DNA of 64,000 nucleotides. It comes from Antedon mediterranea. Lineage: Eukaryota; Animalia; Echinodermata. The notes beneath the pieces are model-generated. The model was not told the origin of the DNA. It saw nothing but the letters and a program-made list of their open reading frames with translations, and ran no database searches. Of this stretch, positions 26,701 to 41,032 are shown piece by piece (within the stretch, counting starts at the first letter, position 1; the number at the start of each line of letters is the position of its first letter). The stretch is taken from assembly GCF_964355755.1 (NCBI RefSeq), contig NC_092675.1, forward strand, positions 24,710,912 to 24,774,911, in the 5' to 3' direction. The position numbers and the translations under genes are program-made.

Positions 26701-29575
26701 AGAATAGATTTTGTTCAGACTAATAATCGTATTGAATGTGTAATATCTGTATCATGTAATTCATTTTATTGGTTTTCATGATGTTTATACACCGTTTATA
26801 TAAACTAAATAATTTCCCGTACAATAGTATAGTTTGACTAACTTAATTTTTTTGAATATAATTACTTTTGTATACACATGTTTAATTTATGCACAGTGGG
26901 CAATCTGCTTGTCGGTTGTCGGGTCAGCTAAAGAGCTGTTAATCGGTTTGCAAGTCTGGTCTGTATAGATGAAAAACTTTCTGAGGTTTGTCGATCAATA
27001 GCGAATCTTACTCAAACTTAATCTTAGTTTAAATTCTGCGTATGTAATGTATAGCTATTGTATAGTGTTGTATATAAAATACAGGAACAGTATATCGTTA
27101 TAATGTAAATATAATCATCTGTAATTGTTTGTAGCAGTTATCTTTGATTTGCATTATCTAGAAATATCCGTCAAAGTATCCGTTTCAATAGAGGCTTATT
27201 ATTTTAAGTAACACAAGATAAATATAATTGCATACTGAAGTAATTACAAATGAGCTTTCGTCAATCAGCGATAAATAAAAGCGGATATGTAGAATTGATG
27301 AAGCTAGCTCGCGAAATCTTCATTTGATAAATAATGTCAAAATCAAATCAAATTGGTTATGATATCGAGATACAGTGCAGAAAAATCATTTAAAAACAAA
27401 ATCGTCATATTGTAGATATTTACAAGATTGAGAAATCTATAGTGACCTGTTTGTAAGCTAATAATGACAATTCAAAGAAAAAGACCTAAATAATTAAAGC
27501 CAATGGTTTTATAACAAATATTTTAAGTCGTATCAAGTGAAGTGATCCAGTACAACCAGACTTCTTTGTATAATTGATCTGATAGAATCTCATTTATGCC
27601 TTGTGGCGAGTGGGATCTTGTCGAACTGTAAAGTTACATCCCTATTGGGATTTTTTTTATAGACGATGTCTCTCTTCCAAATATATTACGGACGTATCGT
27701 TTGCTTTACGTTTTTAAGTTATCTGAACATGGTTTTGATGCCTTGATGAGCTACCTCTTATTAGGTCAGTTCGAAATGTGTTCCGCTGGTGATTAGCATC
27801 GACCGACGATATCAAAGGCAAGGATTGAATTGTATTTAGGCATTACTTATTTTTCATTATAGTATTGACACGTGTTGCTTCTTTTCTTAGAATCTTTCTA
27901 GATAGGAAACAATCGTAACCATGCTCGTAGCTTCGTGGTTTTGTCTTCGTTGTTTACAGTTTGTTTTGAATTGCCACACGGTTGGTATCGTTAACATTCT
28001 ACTGAAGATGTGTAGGCTTTCTGGGTCTATATAGTTGGAGTTGGAGTTAGAGTTTGACTATTATATTCGATTATCAAATCGGAGTAATAGCATTAAATTA
28101 AATAACATTAAAAACACAGATATTATAAACAATGTATATAAATTATGAGTATATTATGCATTATCAAGTTATGTGCATGCTCACGTGCACGTTCATAAAC
28201 ATAAATTATTTAGATTATGAATTATAAATATATACAATGTTTTACAGTATTACAAAAGATATATTTGACTATTCACTATAAAGTTCGATGTAATATTTAG
28301 TTTCCCCAAGATGGAATTTTCTCGTTACTTTGATTCTATTCTATTTAATTATATTGACGCTAACAGTCGAGTCAAATCCCATTGGTCTTTTATTCACAGT
28401 TTGCCTACTATTAACTTTTCATCTTATACGCATATACTTGTTAAATTCCATGCTAATTTGTACCGTTGCAGATTTCATTTCCTCGTTAAAAAGCAATCAC
28501 GTCTACGAATGAAAGGGAACGTTCTCAGAGAAGATCGTAAAGTAAGAAAAAAAAAGTCGATTTATTGCTGTATATAACACAATTAAAGGTCGACGTCCGT
28601 CAGACTCAATGTGGTGCCGGTTATTCAAATCTGAAATGAAACATGGGTAGAATAATAGTATTGTAAAGTAGTAATGGTCTAGAAATAGTATTAGCCTACA
28701 GCAGAAAACCGTTTCTTTCGTTTAAGAAAATAAAAACATTGATAGGACAGTGACTCGGTCAATATGGCAATTTACACTATTTCACGTGTATCATAACAGT
28801 AATATAATCTAATTAAATAATGTCGGAACGAACGAACTTTATGTGTGAATCGTTTTATGTTAGTGGAGTTATGTATTGTAGGCCTACGGTACCATTGTTA
28901 GTCTGTATTGCTTACTAATGGTGGGAATGTCAGACTCTTTGTTTCTTTCAGCTCTACAAATTCTCTGTGAACTATCCAGGATGTCCATACATTCATCCTC
29001 TCCAATAGGAAACCAATTGATTGCAGTTTACAATGAACAAATTGATTTCAATCGTATAGATTAACATTAAAATTCATGTTGAAATGATTAAAGTCAGCTG
29101 GCACAAAAGATTAGAAGAAACGATTGCTAAGAAAACAACTGTAATAACAATTCAAGAATACCCTACCAACAATGGTAATCATTTTGAATTTATCGGGTTA
29201 AGGTTTGCAAGTTTTGTAATAGACTTTTTTCCAAGAAAAAAGATACCTTCTGTAAGATTAAGCAAATTCGGGGACAAAATTAACCACATTGACAAGTCTT
29301 TGGGGTATTCGCATTCCTAAGAATAAGATTTGTGAATAATCATGAATTTTGCCATCACAATATTTTGAAACAAAAGTAGGCATATGTGCTGGATAGTATT
29401 GGACGAAACTGAGGATTTTGGAATTCGTTGAAAAATAAAAAGGAAGCAATATTTTGGACATATCGCTAGACATCGGCGACTAGACATTTTGATGGGAGCT
29501 GAGACAAATAGTCACGAGGAATAGGAGATGGAAAGACGGAGTACGGTAGCACATCATCAAAGACTGGTTGTACAG

Positions 29576-29955
29576 CAGTTACATCACCCTTCTACGTATC
29601 TAGTTACATCACCCTTCTACGTGTCCAGTTACATCACCCTTCTACGTGTCCAGTTACATCACCCTTCTACGTGTCCAGTTACATCACCCTTCTACGTGTC
29701 CAGTTACATCACCCTTCTACGTGTCCAGTTACATCACCCTTCTACGTGTCCAGTTACATCACCCTTCTACGTGTCCAGTTACATCACCTTTCTACGTGTC
29801 CAGTTACATCACCTTTCTACGTGTCCAGTTACATCACCCTTCTACGTGTCCAGTTACATCACCCTTCTACGTGTCCAGTTACATCACCCTTCTACGTGTC
29901 CAGTTACATCACCCTTCTACGTGTCCAGTTACATCACCCTTCTACGTGTCCAGTT
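29576..29955. repeat. 25-bp minisatellite x15 (cagttacatcacccttctacgtgtc)
   Basis: Near-identical head-to-tail units with no spacers. Confidence 0.95.
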
Positions 29956-32259
29956 TTCTTCCAAATTTTAACACGATCTTGTTCATACATTTATTTTATA
30001 TTTATTTATTTTCCGTAATTTTCATTTCATGTTTTATTACGTCATCATGTCAGAAAATTAGAATACAGGGTCCCGTAATTTTACCTATGCCGCACTGTAT
30101 GACACATAACAGACACAAGTCGGCACTACGTATACAATTCGGCACTACATGTATTAACGTATGTGCATGTTGCGTTTGCGCAGGTTTTTTAAAATTCAAA
30201 TGTTGGTAACATTATCTTCTATCACAAAAATCACCTATAATTTGTTTAAGTGACGTATTAAAATCTACTTATATTATTCAATGTTTACCATTCATTCGTT
30301 TCATTGTTAATGTATACACATTGACGTTGATGCAACAAACTCATAAGTTTATTCAAATGATACGGTATTAAAAAAATGTATGATTAATTAAAGAACAATA
30401 TTGCTTCAATTTGCTGAATTGAGTAAGCGTAGTATTTGATCTGAATGATGGTGTATTTACTATACTTGACCACGCTTCAACGTCGTGCTGCTCTACCGAG
30501 TACCTTGTTATTTATGAAACCGTATTGCAAAATTATCATTATTTCAAATAGCCATGGTAAGAAATCGGTCGGATATATACGTACTGTAGGTAATTTGTAT
30601 ACTAAATTAGACTTAAATAACATCTGTCAGCTATTTTAGTCACCCGCTCCCACGTATCTCTAAAGGTATTTTATACGGTATAGTAATAAACACAGTATAT
30701 TCATTCAAAAGGTTAATTCCATGCTTGCTATGCACGACCCTTCAATGGATAGCGCGACGAGAAATAGTGTGCAGTATCGTGTCTTCTGAAAGCACCATTT
30801 CCTTCCATATATGACTTAGCTCTCATGACACTACAGTCTAGGTAAGATTGTGATTGATGAGTGTAATCTCACACTTCCCTGACAATATTCAGTAGCCATT
30901 TGAAAAGGGGTTTTTGAAACTCTTTTCTACCAACCTGCTAAACATGATACGGTATGATAATCGGCTGATTATAATATCCTTATTAACAGACGTGTATATA
31001 TCCCCTTTTTCGTCTGTCTTATACGATATTAGAGACAATGTGGAAATAAGGGCATGCCCCGATGTTTTAATATTATTTACATTTACCTAAATATAATCGA
31101 AAACATGATAATTGAAAAAAAAAAACAAGAAAATTAATCTTTAATTTATTCAAGCTTTGTCCCACTTTCAAACTAAATGATTTTTATAATGAAATAATAC
31201 TGGTACGTTACAATTATGAACAATAGTCAATAATTTCTTAATCAATAATACTCCTCATAGTTGTCTAATCAATAATCCTCATAGTTTTCGAATCAATAAT
31301 AATCCGCCTCAACAAGAAACCGAAAGTTTATTATTCGTTGATACAAACTGTAGTAATTCTAAGCCGATCTGGCCTAAAAAAATAGTATTATTAGAATAAT
31401 AGCCTATAGTATTTCCTTTCCAGTTTTGAACTGAATTTAAATACACGAACCAAAGACTAAGACTGATCTTGATTGATCACTGACGGAAAAATCAAGTCTT
31501 GAATTCGAGTGACACAGTGAACAGTCAGAGAAGTTTCCTGTCAAATATTACGTATTAAATTCGTACATTTTCTACCTAAAGTATTTGGTTTCAAAATTAC
31601 GAATTACAATTTCATGAAACATCACATGCATCCTGCAGCAGGGGCCTTCATACACATACATGTTTGGTCCAGGTAAAATAATACTGTGTAAGTTTAAACT
31701 GGAAAAACGTAGTTCCATATTTTACGTTAAAAATACGATGAATCCGATAGAAATGAACTACCGTATGGTTTTGAAATAATATTTTAATTTAAACGTTGTA
31801 ACTGAAGTTAGCGAGACATTCATTCTTCACTACGTACATTAATGATAATATTTATAGGATTATAACACAGATAGGCCTAGCCACATTAAAAATACCTAAT
31901 GACGTCATTTGTTAAATGAACTTCTTTATAAATATACCTCAATTACAGAAGAAGAGTTTCATATTGCAAGACTGAAAATTAGATTGCAATGCTGCAATTT
32001 TTTAATGGCCCATTTCAGTGAAATTATAATCTTATTAAATAAATTACCATTCAATGATTAACTCTGTTTGTTGTCCCCAGATGAACGTGTTATTTAATTT
32101 ATATGGAAAATGTTCAACGCGCACCAACGTGACAACATTTAGTTAGTAATTGCCTTAATAAAAACAAGTAAGCAAGCCGGCGACAATAAATGCGCAGCCT
32201 CCTATTCGGGTTCTAGTTTTCTATCTATATGATATGTATGGTCTACTGCATTATGTTTA

Positions 32260-32747
32260 CACTGTAAAAATAGTGTTTAGATCTTAAACATGTATTTTGT
32301 ACCCACTTTTTCCACACATTTAGCCTTAAACATGTTTAGATGTGAAACATGTTTAGGTTCTAAACACATTCTAAACATGTAGTCTGTATCCAACTCAACA
32401 CATCAGTGACGTATTGATTGTTAAACATGTGGAGCAATATGAAGACAAGTTTAGGTTTTAAACGTGTTTAATTTGCCATGTGTGGAGCTCATGTGTGGAG
32501 CTTTTTTCCGCCACAGTAAAATCGTATGCACGCAACGCTAAACACATACCTAAACATTTTGACTGCTAAACATGTGGAGTAATTGAACATAATATTGACA
32601 TTAGTCAAGTGGAGGAAAACAACATGTAGCTATAAACACGTTTAGCTTTTAAACACGCTAAACATGTAACTCGTGTCTAAAAGCTAAACGTGTGGAAAAA
32701 GTGGGTACAAAATAGGTGTTTAAGATCTAAACACTATTTTTACAGTG
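32260..32747. mobile_element. CACTG-ended (CMC/EnSpm-like) MITE with TA TSD
   Basis: About 58-bp TIRs cactgtaaaaatagtgtttagatcttaaaca... Internal taaaca(t/c)gt repeats. Confidence 0.85.
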
Positions 32748-34113
32748 TACATTTTAAATAAGTAACAATATTATTTTCTATAGCAAAGAACAAAATGTTT
32801 TCCCCACTGAGGAATTTGGAATTTGTTGAAAAACACAAAGCAAGCAATATTTCAGACATATCGCTAGGCATCGGCGACTAGAACAAGACATTTTGACGGG
32901 AGCTACATGAGGCAAATAACCACGAGGAAGATGAGATAGGAAGGACGTAGTACGGTAGCACAGCAAAGACTGGTTGTACAGCAGTTATATCACCCTTCTA
33001 CGTGTCCAGTTTTCTTCCAAATTTTCAGTTTCATTACGGCATCATGAAAATCATCAGAAAATTAGAAAGAAAAGAAAAATGTTATCCCAACTTAAATTTT
33101 GATTTTCTTACCATGTTCCTTGTAACAGTTTCCACAGACTAAAATAATAGTCGATACCAATTACAAAAAAATATCTATTTTATTTATTTAAAAAATAAGT
33201 TATTTATAGCTCACGATAATCTCACTCTTAAATCTCGCATCTTTTAAACATGCATAATCAACAAAACGTGCTATCACTTGTCGACAATCTAGTTAATTGA
33301 AGGAACATGTTAACAATAATTTATCCAAATTTAAGACACGCATCATATTTTGTAGTCTGTAAACATTACCGCAATAGCAACAAATTGTCTTCATAGGCCT
33401 ATATCATAAATGTACTAAACCTATTTTCATCATTGTAAAGCAGCATTCTGCCATGGTATGGGTATTGATGAACCAAATAAAGATTTACATGACACTGACA
33501 CAATAACAAACCACCCTTTTATCAAAACGTACACAAATTGAAACTAACTGTGGAAATCATAATGCAGGAAGATGGAAAACGTTAATTTAAGTATGAGTAA
33601 GAATAGGTATGAACGTACTTTCCTGGATAGGAAAGAGTGTAGTATTTTCCTGGTTAGGTACTAGGTAAGAGTGTAGGCGTGGTTATTCACGCAGAATATT
33701 CTCCTTCTGGAATTTTATGAATACCTCTAAGCCTTGCTATATAGGCATTCTTCTTCTTCTTCTTCTTCTTCGGGATTTGTCAGTTTACAGCAGAATATCC
33801 CTTCCTCAAATCTCTCCATTTACTTCTCTCTTACTATTCTATTCTCAACCAGTTGGTAGATATGACGGAAATTACTATACTAATATGTGTACAGTAATAC
33901 ATGATGATTGGTCTTGAATGGTTCAACGAATACTAAACATTTCATATGTTTTATATCAGCTCAATCCTAAAGTAAATTTAGTTATTATACAATAGATTAA
34001 CCGTAAACATTAAATGATTGTATGTATGTAAGTACTGTATGTATGTATGTATGTATGTTTTTCTTGCTGGCACTTGCCAGCTTTATACTATGACGTTCCT
34101 TCAAATTCCTTCA

Positions 34114-34278
34114 CTTGCACTGATGAAGGGCTAGTGTTGCCCGAAAGCTCTGCTAACTTTTCTGGCTGTTTACTTTATCGTTTTGATTTAGCTTTTCGCT
34201 TTTAATTTTTGTATCTCCATTGAGATCCAGCCACTGATACCCACAGCATTGTCATTTGTTTCTGTAATTTGCCTTTGG

Positions 34279-34282
<4 letters not shown>
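34114..34282 (+). mobile_element. Hammerhead-bearing ~170-bp repeat (probable Penelope pLTR 3' end); paralog at 41124-41290
   Basis: Near-identical to 41124-41290. Both end ...gcctttggatt followed by (TA)n. Confidence 0.75.
34117..34153 (+). ncRNA. Minimal type I hammerhead ribozyme variant (second copy)
   Basis: GCA-CUGAUGA-A-GGGC(UAGUGUU)GCCC-GAA-AGCU-C^UGC. Differs from the 41127 copy only in loop II. Confidence 0.75.

Positions 34283-34347
<65 letters not shown>
34282..34347. repeat. (TA)n microsatellite
   Basis: Pure TA run directly after the hammerhead-bearing repeat. Confidence 0.95.
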
Positions 34348-34353
<6 letters not shown>

Positions 34354-35034
34354 TGTATATATACCACTGCAACCTTTTCTATATACTTACATACTAAGAT
34401 GTTATGGTGTTATATTAATTTTATAAGTCTACATCACCGTGAGTTGATTATTTCATTAAGCCTTGAGTAGGCCTACTAGATTCTCCATTAATTTACTTGA
34501 ATGCTGATATCATATTCAAGTATGAAGGCATTATATCAAAATACATTTTTTAATTTCTATATAAAACTTTGTCTTATAGGTTAAGTGGCTTTTATAGCAA
34601 ATAAATATAAATATAAAGACAATTTTTTATGAATAATTGTCTTTTTCTAATAATTAAATATTACATGACGCGTTTGTTCATCTGACGTCTTGTCATAATT
34701 GATTTGTTTCACAGCAAATTATCTCCATCGATTCATCTCGATAGAATAATAACTAAGGTAGTAATTAGTCAATATCTAGTGGACTTTAACATACAAAAAA
34801 AATATTTACAAATAATTATCAATCGCCCAGTATTATCAGCACACAAGAAGCTTCATGCATGGATTTAGAATTTAAGTTACGTTCATAAGCTGTTGGGAGT
34901 GGCTTAATATTTACAATATTGTAAAAGATGACCAGAATCCGGGACGCATTATTTTTTTTCCTATTACATTAAGGCAGAAAATATAGAGGGCGTGCATATA
35001 TCATGAATATTCATGATGCATGTCTGAGCTCATC

Positions 35035-35125
35035 CGCGACTATACAGCCCACTATGACGGTCGGTTGGTCGGTAAAGACTAATTTGCGCACGCGACTGCA
35101 GTCATGTAGGCTATATGGCCTTGTT
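35035..35125 (+). mobile_element. HINE/DINE-1-like element copy
   Basis: cgcgactatacagcccactatgacggtcggttggtcgg...gcacgcgactgcag..tatatggccttgtt. Confidence 0.6.
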
Positions 35126-36489
35126 ATTGGACGAAAGGCTATTTCGAACACGTTTTCTATCGTTTTAAAAACTTTTTATAATGGTTTTTTACTTAATGCT
35201 TACGTTCATTCACAATTAGTATGCATAGTTTAAATTTATTTTAATGCTAATAGTGTAATACTATAGGCCTACAATACTATAACAATATGTTGTTTTCATG
35301 TGTTTCCACTAAGGAATAGCAAATGTCAATGCATTAAGGACAATTAATGAGATACTATATTAACATAAATGAAAATACGTTGAAAATCATGATTGCGCTT
35401 CTCCAGTTGAATCACTTCCTAAGGCCTGAGATTACCGAACCCAATGATAATGAATGATGCATAATTTACATCACAAATGTTTATTAAGTTAAACATCGTG
35501 TTGCTGTGGCCTTCTAGATGGGCTGCTGATGGCGACGTACTGCAACAAAAATATTTATTGCAAATATTCACCTTTTAAATCATTACATTGATGACTTCGA
35601 CCTAATTCACGTTATCGTAGTACAACTTTATTTATTCAAAGCCTAATTTGGTACATTTTGAAATATATTATTGTATGCCACCACATATGATGTAGGCCTA
35701 TGGTGTATTGAAAATAATATTTAAAGTGCGTATTATAAGACTTCGGTTATAAAAAAAATCGGGAATTAATTTTCGGTCGTATGCAAAACATTACATTAAT
35801 AATAATAATAAATATAATAATAATAATAATAAGATTTTTATAGCGCACATACCACTCCAGAGTGCTCAAGGCGCATTTAAAAATAAAAAAGAAATAAATC
35901 ATACAAATTCCTGACAAATAAAATGCAATTTCTTTGGAGGGTCCCCATTCCAGAGTGTGCTTTTGTTTGATATTTATTATAATTTTCTATTCAACTTAAA
36001 TATATATTATCATTCTAAGCGTTTTCTGGAATTACGTTGGTCAAAACAGGAAAATAATACGTTTAAAAAGTCTTAAAATATTCGTTCAATACAGACAACT
36101 AATTTTTCATACAATAATCTAAAGTTTTATTTACAACTTTTTATATTTCCAAATCGTAAAATAAGAACATTACTAGACAAAATTAGGGCCTATATTTATA
36201 TGGAAACACGATACCCTGTGTATTATGTTGTATGAACTCTGTTGGCAAAATCACATTTATCGTTTTAACGTATATAACGCATTGTAATAAATTCAAATTG
36301 GCCTATGCGTCAAGCATTCGTATACATTACACGTACGTGCTCGAAACAGATTAAGATTTTAGAAAATACACTAAACAGGTAGGCATATGCACATTCTATG
36401 GAACGCCGTTTACGCAACATTTCGATGATATGAATTTTATGACGCGATATGTGAATGAAATGCATCGATATGAATTGAATGGCGTGATA

Positions 36490-36657
36490 TATGAATGAAA
36501 TGTTTTGAATTGAATGCTTTGAATTGAATGTTTTGAATGAAATGTTTTGAATGAAATGTTTTGAATTGAATGTTTTGAATAAAATGTTTTGAATGAAATG
36601 TTTTGAATGAAATGTTTTGAATGAAATGTTTTGAATGAAATGTTTGAATTGAATTGA
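36490..36657. repeat. 14-bp tandem repeat (gaatgaaatgtttt)n
   Basis: About 11-12 degenerate units. Confidence 0.85.
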
Positions 36658-36691
36658 AAAGTCAAACTATTGGCGGCGTATGTCATTCCCG

Positions 36692-36920
36692 CTCGCGATT
36701 TTTTTTCAACCTCTTAATAGGCCTAAGCATGGGTACCCTCATCTCCTTTCAACGCTGTCATCAATATGAATCCTTTACAGAGACTTCCTAACAGACCTGA
36801 AACATTGAAATACATATTTCCGAACCCAGGTCTGTTAGGATTCTCTGTAAAGGCAGCGTGGAAGAAAGGAGATGAGGGTACCCAGGCTTAGGCCTAAGAG
36901 GTTGAGAAAATAATCGCGAG
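36692..36920. mobile_element. Palindromic MITE/foldback
   Basis: ctcgcgatt...caacctctt..aggcctaagc.tgggtaccctcatctcctttc...cctaacagacctg is mirrored on the right side. Confidence 0.75.
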
Positions 36921-37433
36921 AATTGTCATTGAATTAATGTTCTTTGCCTGATGTGTTTATATATATATATATAGTGAAATATATAGGCTGCAGTCAAGAT
37001 TTTAATCTTAAACAGATCTATTTTATTTTTACATTAATTACTAAATACTAATAAGATTTAACTTTTCAATTTTTCACGTCAGTGATGTAAAAATAGTATA
37101 TACGCTAAACATTGTATAGTTATGGTAATACAAAAAGGTACAGTATATGATGGACATATAATTACTAGAGTTCCAAGAAGCTCTCACGTTATATATGATT
37201 AGTTTGAGAGTATTACGTCATGGCAAATGAGTAAAGATTTGACGTTCAGGTAAAAATGATGACGTACATTACGGTACATTACATGATGACAATTATAATT
37301 TTGTTAATTTACGTAATTAAACTTAGTTTCAAGTACGGTAACCTTATCAGTGTCATGTGTCAATTGATTTTTAATCTTGTTTAATGGAAAATTAGTGGTT
37401 TATCATCAATTGTTGTAATTTGTTTACGTTATA

Positions 37434-38083
37434 TTTGCCGGTCAATATAACACGTTTTATAACACACCTAGATATATTCTTGTAATTGATTGGATGATAG
37501 TTGGTCACATGGAGTTTAATAGACGTCAAAGTGAAATGCAAACATGTTCTATTTTTTCATTATTTAAATCCACAGACAAAAAATATGTCTGCATATTGAT
37601 TACGTCAATGTACCTATCTAATGTTCATTTATAACGCTTGTATTTTGGGGCTGGTCGCCCTTATATTCTGATTAAAATCTCTCATTGGAGAGAACCAAAA
37701 GATATTCTTGTTGCACAGTGAACAACTGGATCGTGCGACGCGGGCCGGGGATAGGCTGTTGACTGCGCGTTCGAAAATCAACCTGTTAAAAGGTACAACT
37801 TGACCAAGAACCATATTTTAACAACGTATTAAGGATGTACATATGATTTCAGAACAATCGCGAAATTTACGATATCGCCGCACGCGCTCGCCGTACAGCC
37901 GTCGCCGTAAATTGCTGTGACGTCACAAGTACATGGCAAACGCTACCTCATGAGTTTCACTGTTGTTAACATACAAGAGATAGGTACCGTCACTCCAATT
38001 GTTAATTTGACCTGTATTAGGCTTAAATTTGGTTCTCGGTCAAGTTGCCCTTTAAACATTAATTATGTATATTGGCCGGTAAA
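37434..38083. mobile_element. MITE (TIR tttgccggtcaatata) containing a nested TTAA-flanked Kolobok-like MITE at 37790-38051
   Basis: Outer TIRs at 37434 and about 38068-38083. Inner TIRs agg..caacttgacc.agaacca / tggttctcggtcaagttgccct with TTAA on both sides. Confidence 0.65.
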
Positions 38084-38306
38084 ATTATTGTATGTATTAC
38101 AAAGGCTATGTAATATCAGTAAAGATCGTATGAGTATAAAAACACAACTAGCTATATGATTGTTGTCACCGTAATGTGTAATCGCTCTCACCAGCATTTG
38201 ATATTCAATATACAAAGCGGCCGAGTAATTTGAACAAAGTTTAGTTTAAAACAATACAGATGTGTTGAATGAAATATATTGTTTGAATGTTTGCATGGCG
38301 AAATCA

Positions 38307-38453
38307 AATGTTGATATAAGTTTGCGGTACACCACGTATATTAGTTCTGACTGTTGAGTTTCTCGACGTTTCGATTAATATGCTTTGATCGTCCTCACTC
38401 CTGAACTTTTCAGAACTAATATACGTGGTGTACCGCAAACTTATATCAACATT
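38307..38453. mobile_element. 44-bp perfect inverted repeat enclosing a disrupted minimal hammerhead (inverted Penelope pLTR remnant)
   Basis: Arms 38307-38350 and 38410-38453. The minus strand of the loop reads UGAGGA-C-GAUCAA..UUAAUC-GAA-ACGU-C-GAG. Confidence 0.65.
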
Positions 38454-39122
38454 AAATGAAATAATTACTGTTCTGTGTATTATTGCATCTAGAATTCTTC
38501 TAGTTGATAATTAATCAAATTAAGATTATTCGTCCTCAAAAAATTTGTATTTGCACAATCTGTTGTTCCGATACAGTACAGTATAGTGATTAGTTATCTT
38601 ATCAATTTAGAACATTGATGATAACATAAGAACAAAATAGAATTCGGACACGAACTATCAATTTTCAAATTCTAATCCGAAATTAACAGAATTCAAACAC
38701 ACGTGCTGACAACATGGCACTTTGCAAGGAAGTAACATTGATGTAGGTTAATGGTTCAGAAACAATACTATAGTGGACAAACCTGAGACAAAAATTAAGA
38801 TGTGAATTCGTGCAGATTACATGTGATAACTAGAGCAATCAGATGGTCAAGCCACATTATATGAAATTGATGCAACCATGCGCAATACCACGTGATTGCA
38901 TTTGAGAAAGTAGCTTATACATAACGTAGGCCTACGCAATTTACTTACTTAACTTGTATATAGTGCGTTTACGTAAGTGGTGCAATATTTCTTCTAGTTT
39001 CTACTACTTGTGACTAAAGTAAACTATGTTTAATTTTCTCAAGTAGGTCTAAGGCCTTAAGTCATTTGGGTAGGCAATTTTCTGTTCTACTTCAGGTAAT
39101 CCAACATTAATTCCTTGTCAGT

Positions 39123-39852
<730 letters not shown>

Positions 39853-39872
39853 GAAGTAAAAACTACAGTTTG

Positions 39873-39921
39873 GTCTCTACAGGCTTGTTTCGTGAGTCGT
39901 GCAACTCACTCATCAGGAGAC
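39873..39921 (-). ncRNA. Type I hammerhead ribozyme (Penelope pLTR)
   Basis: Reverse complement: GUCUC-CUGAUGA-GUGAGU(UGCACG)ACUCAC-GAA-ACA(AGCC)UGU-A^GAGAC. Intact core and all three stems. Confidence 0.9.
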
Positions 39922-40006
39922 TATAATGAGAAGAATCAATTACAACGTTGCTTATAAGAACATTTACTTGTAGAATTAGCATTTACAGGTGATATGTTTT
40001 GGAATG

Positions 40007-40981
40007 TCAGCTGTTATGTAACAATGCTTTCTTTCTGTGCCGGCAGGCGGACACAAGTTCGTTACGTTTGTTTAATGTCGATAATTCAGGGTGGCGGATG
40101 ATAAATAATTTCTCTTTGAGGCAGAGGTTGCATTTTTTGTTTGCGCTACTATATGCTTTAGTAGATGCCAAGATGCGCCATGAGATTGAATAGTCTGTGT
40201 TGTTGTCCTTGAGTGTCCAAATATGTTTACTGAGTTCGGTTGAGTTTCTAGAACGTGTATTACGGAATGATGAGGTATGATTTCTGTATCGTGTTTTAAA
40301 ATCATTTTCAGTGAGTCCGATATAAGTTTCTGAGGTGGATTTGTCTTTGCGTGTAACTGTGGCTTGGTATATTACAGATGATTGTAAGCAATTTCCGTTT
40401 AGCGGGCATGTGTTTTTCTGTCGGCAGTTGCATGTTTTGTTTTCTTGCGTGTTTTCCACGGATGTTGTTTCGGGCTGGTTGAGTATTCTCTTGTTGTGAC
40501 TGTCTATTATCTGTTTCATATTGTTCATACAACTGTAGCTAATCTTGATGGTGTTTCGGTTGAAGATTTTTCTTAGTTTGTTATCTTTTGGAAAATGCTT
40601 GTCTACTCGGGATAGGAATTTCTGTCCAATGTTTGTGCTGACGTTTTTGCTGAACGGTGGGTTGTACCACAGAATGTCGTTTCGTTGTCTGTTTTTTCGT
40701 CTTGTCTGGGTTACCGGCTCGTATTTTAGTGTGTACTGGTATCCACTGTCGTTGAGAGTTTTCTGGTATACAGGGCCGGCTTGGTTGAATGAATTCTTGT
40801 CGGATGACAAGGACGAGAGTCGTTTGTTTATTCCGGCGGGTATATTCTTTAGGATGGTCGGTGGGTGGTTACTTTGTTGATGGATATACTGTAACGTGGC
40901 GTTTGGTTTGGTGTAGGGCTGGTATGTGTTCTTCGCTAGGTTGAGTGTGACGTCTAAGAAGTTGATGACTTGTTTGTTTGC
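40007..40981 (-). pseudogene. Truncated Penelope ORF (RT C-terminus + GIY-YIG endonuclease)
   Basis: The 267-aa ORF-track entry extends upstream without a stop to the truncation point at the TA run. Confidence 0.85.
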
Positions 40982-41032
40982 TTATATGGTATATATTATA
41001 TATATATATTTATATATATATATATATCCAAT

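Noticed and set aside
29576-29955. CRISPR-like array and three overlapping ORFs
   Set aside because: The units are contiguous with no unique spacers, the context is eukaryotic, and the ORFs come from a stop-poor 25-mer.
33015-33060. Minus-strand CUGAUGA...GAAA
   Set aside because: Stem II is out of register with the core and stems I/III are absent; likely chance in AT-rich DNA.
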